Source: a virus
Length of the DNA: 18,305 bases
Virus record (IMG/VR): IMGVR_UViG_3300045988_008988
Coordinates: 1 to 18,305 of that record
Direction: 5' to 3' (one strand)
The notes under the pieces were generated by a model. It was not told the DNA's origin. It saw only the letters and a list, made by a program, of their open reading frames with translations, and made no database searches. Both the position numbers and the translations under genes were made by a program. Position 1 is the stretch's first letter. Every line of letters begins with the position of its first letter. Positions 1-6,514 of this stretch are shown piece after piece.

Positions 1-99
1 ATCATGTGGCTTTGGTCAATGATATGATCATTGAGGAGTATGGTGATTGTGATTTGTTTCCGGCTGGTGATTTTATCGAAGCGTTCGAGGAAAGCGTGA
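1..99. repeat. Left inverted terminal repeat (ITR), 99 bp
   Basis: Bases 1-99 are the exact reverse complement of 18207-18305, checked base by base. The first mismatch is position 100 versus 18206. Typical of terminal-protein-capped linear genomes. Confidence 0.95.
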
Positions 100-100
100 A

Positions 101-140
101 AGATAAAGTAAAAAGCCCCTAGGCCGATACCTAGGGGCTT
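101..140 (-). terminator. Intrinsic terminator closing the minus-strand operon, possibly bidirectional
   Basis: Perfect 11-bp stem (113-123 AAGCCCCTAGG with 130-140 CCTAGGGGCTT) and a 6-nt loop. On the minus strand the stem runs into UUUUUACUUUAUCU. It lies 11 nt after the endolysin stop and directly after the short plus-strand ORF leaving the left ITR. Confidence 0.75.
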
Positions 141-151
141 GCTTATGTTGT

Positions 152-1036
152 TTACTGTCTGTCCGTCACTGTGATTTGCAGACTGTCAAGTTTGGCTTTT
201 ACGGCGTCTCGCACGGTTTTGGCGATTGTGTCAGGGTTGGCACCCATTGCTTCAGATAGTGCTTTGACTGCTGCTGTGAGTGCTGTTACTTGTGCGGTCA
301 GGGCTGGTAGCATGGTGTCGTGAATTCGTATTACGTCGCTAGTGGCGTCGCTTACGATGTCGCGCGCGTATCTCCCGTTGGGGAGCTTGTGCATCCACTG
401 GCCTGCGTTCATGCCAGTGTCGTGCATGGTGTAAATGTCTTGGATTGCCGGTGATAGGCAGTCGCGTACACATGCTCCGTTTGGTAGCTTGTGTGTCCAG
501 ATTTTCATGATGTCTTCGTCGGTCAATGCCATTTCGTCGTCTCCTTCTAGAATTTGATTTGCTTTGTTGATGACATAATTTACGTCGAGTCCGTTTGGTG
601 CTAGGTCGGGACAGCCGTAATGGTCGGTGCCCGGCACTTCGCGGTGTAGCCATATGTTGCCGTTGAGTTCATCGTGCCATAGGTGCGTCCAACCGTATCG
701 CCGTGCTATGTCGGCGCAGAGTCGAGCGGAAGCGTTCATGCATGTTTGCGTACAAGGTATTCCGTTCATACCCCCTTCGTGTTCTATGCTGATTGTCGAA
801 TTGTTCGACGTGAAATTGGCGTCGCTGTAGCTGCCGTCGTTTTCGCTCACGTATTGATGGATTGCACCGTCCGCGCCGATACCATAGTGCGCACTTGCCT
901 GCGAGTTGGCGTTTAAAAATACGCTATCCGTTCCGGCGAGATGGCCGACCATGATATGCAGCGTTATGTGTGTTACGGCGTATCCATTGCGTCCATTGTA
1001 ATGGTTTGGCGAGCCTATCCATGTAATACCGTCCAT
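152..1036 (-). CDS. Endolysin: N-acetylmuramoyl-L-alanine amidase (Amidase_2/PGRP type) with a non-canonical C-terminal repeat domain
   Basis: 294 aa. The N-terminal ~165 aa carry Amidase_2/T7-lysozyme-type motifs (HITLHIMVG, HYGIGADG, ISIEHEGG, LHREV..HYGCPD). It is adjacent to the holin and is the last gene before the terminator. TAA stop. Confidence 0.9.
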   Translation of the reverse strand: MDGITWIGSPNHYNGRNGYAVTHITLHIMVGHLAGTDSVFLNANSQASAHYGIGADGAIHQYVSENDGSYSDANFTSNNSTISIEHEGGMNGIPCTQTCMNASARLCADIARRYGWTHLWHDELNGNIWLHREVPGTDHYGCPDLAPNGLDVNYVINKANQILEGDDEMALTDEDIMKIWTHKLPNGACVRDCLSPAIQDIYTMHDTGMNAGQWMHKLPNGRYARDIVSDATSDVIRIHDTMLPALTAQVTALTAAVKALSEAMGANPDTIAKTVRDAVKAKLDSLQITVTDRQ

Positions 1037-1038
1037 TA

Positions 1039-1401
1039 TTATTCTTTCTTGTGCTTGTCATTTGTGGATTGAGCGAAAATCTGCATGAATGGCGCGTTTT
1101 TTAATTCGGGATTGATTTCGGTGATGTTTTCGAGGATTGATGTGAGTTCGATGAGGCATATCCCACTGACCGTGCAGATGAATACGGACACTGGCAGTCC
1201 CAGATCGATATGTCGGTTCACTTCGTCGATAAACCATGCCACTAGCGTGAGTAGGAAATATGCGAACTTGTGCCCTAGTCCCTCCCGCATTTTTCTTGAG
1301 CTGAGATTGTCTTGCATGATGGCTTTTGTCACGCCCGTAACGTAGTCGGTGGTGATGAAGAATGTGACTGCAATGGTACACCATATATCTGCTTGCGTCA
1401 T
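1039..1401 (-). CDS. Holin (Phage_holin_4_1-like)
   Basis: Small protein with three hydrophobic segments (WCTIAVTFFITTDYVTGV, FAYFLLTLVAWFI, VSVFICTVSGICLIELTSIL), immediately upstream of the endolysin. I prefer ATG 1401 because its upstream context AAGAAAG..AATAATA-ATG matches the endolysin start. The ORF track begins at GTG 1413. Confidence 0.8.
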   Translation of the reverse strand: MTQADIWCTIAVTFFITTDYVTGVTKAIMQDNLSSRKMREGLGHKFAYFLLTLVAWFIDEVNRHIDLGLPVSVFICTVSGICLIELTSILENITEINPELKNAPFMQIFAQSTNDKHKKE

Positions 1402-1409
1402 TATTATTC

Positions 1410-2507
1410 TCACTTTCTTATGCCTGATTGCTGTAATAAACCGCCAAGGATCATGCTGAATTCCGCCTTGATTTGCGGGGTTTCGAACCGTAATCTACCG
1501 ACGCGATAGGCATTCAATATTTTCTGTGTCATGTCGTCCGAACGTTTGAGCATTATGCAATCATTATCGACCAGTCGATAGTCAAATGTAAAATCCCTTG
1601 TGATTTTAGGCTGTTTTTTTGTGATGATATACAAGACTTCGTCGGCATCACTCAGTTGCTGATAAACGTTGAAAATACCGTATTCACTGGTTCTTAATGT
1701 GAACGCATAACCGGCGTTATTAAAATCACTAATGAGAGCATTAGCGTTATCCCTAAAATCGTTGTCGATCGCATAATTCGCATAATTCTCGTCATATCTA
1801 CGTAAAAACTGTCCGAATTTAGATGTGGCAACCTTGGCACTGAAACCACCGTAGTCAGCTAATTCCACCATAATAAAACCGTCACAATATCGCTGATATT
1901 GCGTGCGATTATCCAACTGCGGCTTAAGGTTGATATTAAATGCTGAAAAATACGGATTAGCTAAGGTCACGGCGTTGCTGCACATGATAACGCGAACTCG
2001 GTCATTCCACCTATCGACGGTATTGTAAAATTCCTCAAGCGCTGTGACCTCTCCGCCGAGATAGCGCATATTATCGGGAAATATTTCATCGAAAATTATA
2101 GTCCGTACTTTGGGGTAGGCAACCGATTTCACCTGTCCGGCTTGCGATAGAGCGATAAAATAGCCCATGATGTGCCATGTCGGGCGTTTCTTGCCATGTT
2201 TATCGGTGGTGGCGTCCCGGTCGTCCAGCCAGTGACATTCGGCCTGATTGCCGGACACTCTAAACTCTAGTTCCGGGTATTGTTCTGTGATATCCGCGAA
2301 CCACGTGCCTTTATTCTTCTGTTCCTCAGCGGTGCGGCGCAGATAGATGAATTGCCATCGTTTTTTAATCCAGTCGCCGATGACCAATTTCTTAGCTCCA
2401 TAAGTCTTGCCGAGGCCGCGCGCTCCGATTACGAACATCCAAGGCGCGTGATATGATAGCACACGCCCGTAATCGTAATAATCACCCTCGCTTAACATCC
2501 TCTCCAT
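1410..2507 (-). CDS. DNA packaging (encapsidation) ATPase, phi29 gp16 type
   Basis: Walker A GARGLGKTYGAKK and Walker B TIIFDEIF. The N-terminus VLSYHAPWMFVIGARGLGKTY parallels phi29 gp16 MLSYDRILNFVIGARGIGKSY as I recall it. The start is uncertain: the ORF is open from TTG 2537, with ATGs at 2516, 2507 and 2498. I chose 2507 because it lies 7 nt after a TGGTATAAT box. Confidence 0.88.
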   Translation of the reverse strand: MERMLSEGDYYDYGRVLSYHAPWMFVIGARGLGKTYGAKKLVIGDWIKKRWQFIYLRRTAEEQKNKGTWFADITEQYPELEFRVSGNQAECHWLDDRDATTDKHGKKRPTWHIMGYFIALSQAGQVKSVAYPKVRTIIFDEIFPDNMRYLGGEVTALEEFYNTVDRWNDRVRVIMCSNAVTLANPYFSAFNINLKPQLDNRTQYQRYCDGFIMVELADYGGFSAKVATSKFGQFLRRYDENYANYAIDNDFRDNANALISDFNNAGYAFTLRTSEYGIFNVYQQLSDADEVLYIITKKQPKITRDFTFDYRLVDNDCIMLKRSDDMTQKILNAYRVGRLRFETPQIKAEFSMILGGLLQQSGIRK

Positions 2508-2514
2508 AATATCC

Positions 2515-2523
2515 ATTATACCA
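2515..2523 (-). promoter_or_regulatory. Extended -10 promoter box TGGTATAAT(GG)
   Basis: Exact TGnTATAAT on the coding strand between the wall hydrolase and ATPase genes, directly after a palindromic hairpin. No good -35. Confidence 0.5.
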
Positions 2524-2535
2524 TACAATAGCAAC

Positions 2536-2557
2536 AACCGGTAGATATCTACCGGTT
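2536..2557 (-). terminator. Perfect 22-nt palindrome or hairpin after the wall-hydrolase gene
   Basis: AACCGGTAGATATCTACCGGTT is fully self-complementary. It is followed on the minus strand by the U-rich GUUGCUAUUGUAU and lies 11 nt after the TAG stop at 2568. Confidence 0.5.
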
Positions 2558-2567
2558 TACCGTTGTA

Positions 2568-3851
2568 CTAGTTGGTGACGTACCGGCGTATTTCCCACCT
2601 GCTCGCCATATTCATCTCACCCGACGCGGTGAACAGATTCGGCCCGTTTCCCGGCCCACCGTGGGATAATGTCTCATCCTTGCTGTCCGCCGTAAACATT
2701 TCCACATGGTCCCATGCCTGCGTATAGGCACCCCAGTCCAGCAACAGCAAGTCGGCGGCGTGAGCCTTGGCGATGGCATCCGACACCGATGTGTCGGAGC
2801 TGCCGCAGACGCGGGTGCCCTTGCTTGCCATCTGGCCTGTCCATGTGCCCACGTCAATACCTAGCACGTCCTGATAGGCACGCCAACACACGCTGGAACA
2901 ATCGCCGTACCCGCTTGACTCGGGGTCTAATCGCCCCGCGCCCTGCGAATAAGCGTATTTGCCGATGCGTGATCGCAGCCATTCCACGACACGTGCCGCG
3001 TCCTCGCTGCTACTGCCGGAACTGGAACCGCCGCCAGTCTGGCCGCCGCCCGGCTTGGTTGATTCGGAAGTCTTGTATACCCATGTCTGTGCGACGCTTT
3101 TTACAAAAATGGCGGTACTGTCCCCGCTATGGTAAATCAAGTTGTCGCCCTGCAATTGTATCCACGCGGTACTCGCGGGTTTCCCGTCGATGCCGGGCCG
3201 GTCGCCTCCCGGCGTGTCGGACGGTTCGGAGGTTTGGCCAAAATCAGGCGGCGCGGACGTGCCATCCCACGATTTCAGTAGATCATACGTGGTCGTATAC
3301 CGATTACGGTACTGGCCTAGCACGCCATCCGCCAAAATCGTGGTGTAAATCAATTCCAGCGTGGCGGTTGCCGAGCATGATGCAAGCACGCGCTGCGCCT
3401 GCGCCGGACTCTGGTGGTAGGCGCAGGCCCACATGATACGCTCTTTTACGTTCCCTGACGGGAAACCATACCCGTCCATAATGGACTGGTAACTATTCCA
3501 ATCCGCCTCCCATTGCGCCTCCTGAAACGCATGGTTTTCGTCGCGTTGCGCCCACGTTTTCCACGCATTACCCTCGGCGGTGGATAGGTAGCGTGCCGTC
3601 CAGTTGATGTCATTCGCCTGCACCTGCTGCGCCAGTGTGGGAGCCGCCGAGGCGAACGTGTTCCACCCGTCCGGGTCGGCGGTGCGCCCTCGTTCCAAGA
3701 GATTGCGGGCGCGAGTGCCGTACCACTGCATCATGCCCACAGTGATGGCGTCAACGTAGTTGCACGCGCTCCAATCGCAATTGCTTTCCACCGTGCCGAT
3801 AACATACATCGCGTATAGTGTTGTATTATCCATGATAATAGTATACCCCAC
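2568..3851 (-). CDS. Tail-associated peptidoglycan hydrolase (phi29 gp13 position): lysozyme/transglycosylase-like N-domain plus NlpC/P60 cysteine peptidase C-domain
   Basis: 427 aa. The N-terminus has IGTVESNCDW (a Glu-Ser catalytic-type motif) in a Trp-rich ~190-aa domain. A Gly/Ser linker (GGGQTGGGSSSGSSS) follows. The C-terminus has GYGDCSSVCWRAY ... DHVEMF ... SHGG, an NlpC/P60-like Cys/His arrangement. It sits between the fibre genes and the ATPase, as gp13 does in phi29. The start may be ATG 3833 rather than GTG 3851. TAG stop. Confidence 0.8.
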   Translation of the reverse strand: MGYTIIMDNTTLYAMYVIGTVESNCDWSACNYVDAITVGMMQWYGTRARNLLERGRTADPDGWNTFASAAPTLAQQVQANDINWTARYLSTAEGNAWKTWAQRDENHAFQEAQWEADWNSYQSIMDGYGFPSGNVKERIMWACAYHQSPAQAQRVLASCSATATLELIYTTILADGVLGQYRNRYTTTYDLLKSWDGTSAPPDFGQTSEPSDTPGGDRPGIDGKPASTAWIQLQGDNLIYHSGDSTAIFVKSVAQTWVYKTSESTKPGGGQTGGGSSSGSSSEDAARVVEWLRSRIGKYAYSQGAGRLDPESSGYGDCSSVCWRAYQDVLGIDVGTWTGQMASKGTRVCGSSDTSVSDAIAKAHAADLLLLDWGAYTQAWDHVEMFTADSKDETLSHGGPGNGPNLFTASGEMNMASRWEIRRYVTN

Positions 3852-3895
3852 GGCGCGGAACCGTGTGATATATGTTATGGGCTATGCCTCACGCC

Positions 3896-3973
3896 CTAAT
3901 GTAATGGTGCGCCGTCCATATCCCAATACCGGCCTTGAGTCTGTCTAATCCAATCATCAAAAGTAATAGCCAT
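3896..3973 (-). CDS. Possible leaderless 25-codon small ORF in the hydrolase leader
   Basis: ATG 3973 lies exactly 6 nt after the TGCTATAAT box, with no SD. It would encode MAITFDDWIRQTQGRYWDMDGAPLH. The only support is this geometry, which the portal and ATPase starts share. Confidence 0.2.
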   Translation of the reverse strand: MAITFDDWIRQTQGRYWDMDGAPLH

Positions 3974-3998
3974 GCCGCCATTATAGCAGCATGGCTAT
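3966..3998 (-). terminator. Hairpin after the fibre gene with an extended -10 box in its loop
   Basis: Perfect 10-bp stem (3966-3975 ATAGCCATGC with 3989-3998 GCATGGCTAT) and a 13-nt loop. On the minus strand it is followed by UACUUUUGAUGAUU. The loop contains TGCTATAAT (3980-3988). Confidence 0.55.
3980..3988 (-). promoter_or_regulatory. Extended -10 promoter box TGCTATAAT(GG)
   Basis: Exact TGnTATAAT on the coding strand within the 163-nt gap between the fibre and hydrolase genes. Confidence 0.45.
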
Positions 3999-4014
3999 CG
4001 CTTAAAATAGTCCG

Positions 4015-5949
4015 TCAGCTCTCATAAAGATAGCCGTCAGTAGGGCGTACTCTGATTTTCCACACGCTCTTGAAATTGCGTGCAAGACGGACGAACAGGC
4101 GATACTTATCGGTATCCGGTAATGAGACGCCCTTATTTTTGCCCGTAGTCACATCACCCGACTGCCCATTGGAGTACGCCCAAATGATTCGCGCATGGTC
4201 GCGGTCAAGTACAAAGCTTGCATGAACTCCCACCGACTTATCATTTGGTACGGACGGGGATACTGCGGGGGTACTATCGAATGCCACCGTTGTCACATTG
4301 TCTTGATAAAAACCGCCGAACGTGGCGCCATTACGTCGGACGCCGGCGATAATGCCAACCTGTCCAGCCGTTGCCACGTCATTGAACTGACCGATAGGGG
4401 TTGACTCCTTCACTGCGATCACCGCAATGTTTTTCGTCTCACCATTTTCGCCAATCTGAACTCGGGACTCGAAACCCTCAAGGTCGATACTGACCGGCAG
4501 CGTCACCGTACCGCATTCAACCAATTCCACCAACATCTGAGAATCTGCGTCACCGAGCTGGAAAAGGCCGTCCGGAGCGAGATACGAGCTTTTCGCTCTA
4601 ACCGCTTCCGATATTTCCTGTGATACCGTGCCGCCTTGTGGGGCATAGTTCGGGCGCATGAAAACGTTCTGTCCAGTACTGAACGGCGTAAAGTTGCGCT
4701 CCAACTGCCCACTAGCGTAATCCGGCCAATTGGAGGTAATGCCATCAACTCCAAGCGCGGTGACTCGCTCATATGCCACGGGGTCATTAATAAGCCACGG
4801 ATTAATCTTGACGCCAGCCGTGTGCGCGGCGCTGACCATCGAAGAGGTGAGTTTATTTTCACGCGGATTGCCGCAGAAAATACCGGCATTCTTCATATCG
4901 GTCCAAGAGTGCGGCATGGCGTCTACATCCCATGTCCATGAGACGTATTTTACGCCCCCTCGCACGGCGCGGACGCACTGCTCCCAGCTGAACGAAGTCA
5001 ATTCGTGGATTGCGGTGGCACTATACTTTCGCAGTAGTTTCAGCATTGCGTCCGTAGTTTCGTTGGTCAATGACTTGATTTCAAAATCGACGGGACTATC
5101 CCCCACGGCCTGTAGCACCTGTTCCATGCTCACCGGCTTGCCGGTGTTGCCACCATGCACTTTAGCTTTAACCTCGCGACTCATAAAGTCCTTGTAGGTG
5201 ATGGAGGATACGTTAGCGGCCGTTCCCGTCATGGTGCGGGCAGTGGAAGTGTCATGAAGAATGACCGGCACGCCGTCCGACGTGAGTTGCACGTCGATTT
5301 CAGGGATATACCCATGCCGCACTGCCCACATAATCCCCTCCATGGTGTTTTCGGGAAAACGGTACGACCCGCGGTGCGCATGGATAATAAAGTGAGAGTC
5401 AAGCTTACTGTCCACACGAGCGTCCGCAAGCTCGTCCACCTTGGCGGCGGTGTTGTCCAGTTTGGTTTTTTGCGCCGTGGCGTCAGTGGTTGATCCTGCT
5501 CCAAGTGCGGTGAGAATTGTCTTATTGTTGTCGGCCTTACCTATGGCGGTCATTGCGTCCGCTCCCGCCTTATCCCATTTGGTCTTCGAGGCGGTGGCGT
5601 TCGCCTTGTTGTCGGCTCCCAACGCGGCGAGAATCGCCGTGTTGGAATCGGCTTTATTTGCCGCTGCTGTTGCGGCGGCGGTTGCGGCAGCGGCGGCAGA
5701 GATTGATTTATCCCACTTGGTCTTTGCGGCGGTGGCGGAGTCGACCGTGTTGTCTCCAAGCAGCGCTTTGACTACTTCCTCATCGTGCGCTTCGCGCGAC
5801 TCGACACCTTCGATGCGGTTAAGGTGCTTTTCGAGCGTATCATCAATGGTGTGCATGGAGCCGTTGTAGCCGTCCCTTAAATCGGCCGGGTCATTGTCGC
5901 CATACAGATTAAGCCCGTAATTGTCGGTTTTGCTGTATACGGTAGCCAT
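4015..5949 (-). CDS. Tail fibre or appendage protein with a glycerophosphodiester phosphodiesterase (GDPD) domain
   Basis: 644 aa. It has an N-terminal fibre anchor motif (NYGLNLYGDNDPADLRDGYNGSMHTIDDTL) and three Ala-rich repeats carrying KTKWDK/KTKLD. A classic GDPD signature follows (IIHAHRGSYRFPENTMEGIMWAV..GYIPEIDVQLTSDGVPVILHD). The ~215-aa C-terminal domain is of unknown fold. AAGGA SD 7 nt before the ATG. Confidence 0.85.
   Translation of the reverse strand: MATVYSKTDNYGLNLYGDNDPADLRDGYNGSMHTIDDTLEKHLNRIEGVESREAHDEEVVKALLGDNTVDSATAAKTKWDKSISAAAAATAAATAAANKADSNTAILAALGADNKANATASKTKWDKAGADAMTAIGKADNNKTILTALGAGSTTDATAQKTKLDNTAAKVDELADARVDSKLDSHFIIHAHRGSYRFPENTMEGIMWAVRHGYIPEIDVQLTSDGVPVILHDTSTARTMTGTAANVSSITYKDFMSREVKAKVHGGNTGKPVSMEQVLQAVGDSPVDFEIKSLTNETTDAMLKLLRKYSATAIHELTSFSWEQCVRAVRGGVKYVSWTWDVDAMPHSWTDMKNAGIFCGNPRENKLTSSMVSAAHTAGVKINPWLINDPVAYERVTALGVDGITSNWPDYASGQLERNFTPFSTGQNVFMRPNYAPQGGTVSQEISEAVRAKSSYLAPDGLFQLGDADSQMLVELVECGTVTLPVSIDLEGFESRVQIGENGETKNIAVIAVKESTPIGQFNDVATAGQVGIIAGVRRNGATFGGFYQDNVTTVAFDSTPAVSPSVPNDKSVGVHASFVLDRDHARIIWAYSNGQSGDVTTGKNKGVSLPDTDKYRLFVRLARNFKSVWKIRVRPTDGYLYES
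5440..5766 (-). repeat. Three imperfect tandem repeats of ~35-45 codons inside the fibre gene
   Basis: Protein units ..LLGDNTVDSATAAKTKWDK.., ..LGADNKANATASKTKWDK.. and ..LGAGSTTDATAQKTKLD... They are visible at the DNA level as recurring tatcccayttggtctt..ggcggtggcg blocks near 5455, 5575 and 5710. Confidence 0.7.
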
Positions 5950-5952
5950 TGT

Positions 5953-6144
5953 CTAGTCCTTTTTTTCTCGAATTTGAGTATTGAGCTGGTTTAGAATCTG
6001 ATCTATCATGCGCATGGCTCTGTTGAACCCGTCGCGCATGTCCATCGGTGTCGCGTCATTGTAAAGCGGTAGTCCAAAATGTCCCGTCACACCGTATGCG
6101 GCTGAGTCCACTGGCGTGGTCTGCTGTCCGTCTGGCATGTCCAT
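5953..6144 (-). CDS. Short protein (63 aa) consisting mainly of a tail-fibre N-terminal anchor motif
   Basis: Contains HFGLPLYNDATPMDMRDGFNRAMRMIDQIL, paralogous to the N-termini of the two flanking ORFs. ATG 6144 overlaps the upstream TGA (TGATG) and follows a GGGAGAG SD. TAG stop. Confidence 0.6.
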   Translation of the reverse strand: MDMPDGQQTTPVDSAAYGVTGHFGLPLYNDATPMDMRDGFNRAMRMIDQILNQLNTQIREKKD

Positions 6145-6497
6145 CACTCTCCCGAAGCAGTGGTGGAAACGAACGGCAAGCCCTCCGCAGTGACCTTCGT
6201 ATCGTTAAGGTTTCTGACGGTATACTGTCCGCCACCGGTGGCCGGCACGCGGTTAAGGAAGTGATTAAGCGCGGTACCGAGCGCATTGGCGTTAGCTGCG
6301 CTCAATCCGAGAGCGGTGGCGAACGCGCTCAATCCCTCCGGCAGTGCCTCCGGTGTCGGGATGGCGTCAATCCTGTCCGACTGAGTTTTCAATGTCGTGT
6401 CGAGAATGTCCATCGAACGATTGTACGAACCTTCAAGATTCGGCACGTCAGTCGCGCTATATTTCTCCAAATTGTAATTCGGCGTTTTCTGCGTCAT
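6144..6497 (-). CDS. Short tail-fibre-like protein (117 aa) with the N-terminal anchor motif
   Basis: NYNLEKYSATDVPNLEGSYNRSMDILDTTL at the N-terminus. Strong AAGGAGA SD before ATG 6497. Confidence 0.7.
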   Translation of the reverse strand: MTQKTPNYNLEKYSATDVPNLEGSYNRSMDILDTTLKTQSDRIDAIPTPEALPEGLSAFATALGLSAANANALGTALNHFLNRVPATGGGQYTVRNLNDTKVTAEGLPFVSTTASGE

Positions 6498-6514
6498 TTG
6501 TCTTTCTCCTTATA

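Noticed and set aside
40-99. 19-codon ORF wholly inside the ITR (MVIVICFRLVILSKRSRKA), ending exactly at the ITR boundary.
   Set aside because: The GAGGAG element is only 1 nt from its ATG and the ORF is very short. Ending at position 99 may be coincidence.
5953-5955. TAG stop-codon reassignment (amber recoding), as seen in some gut phages.
   Set aside because: TAG also ends the wall-hydrolase gene at 2568, immediately before a hairpin and promoter cassette. All other genes end in TAA or TGA at sensible positions. I see no suppressor tRNA and no sign of in-frame TAGs inside conserved domains. Only local read-through at 5953 stays a low-probability idea.
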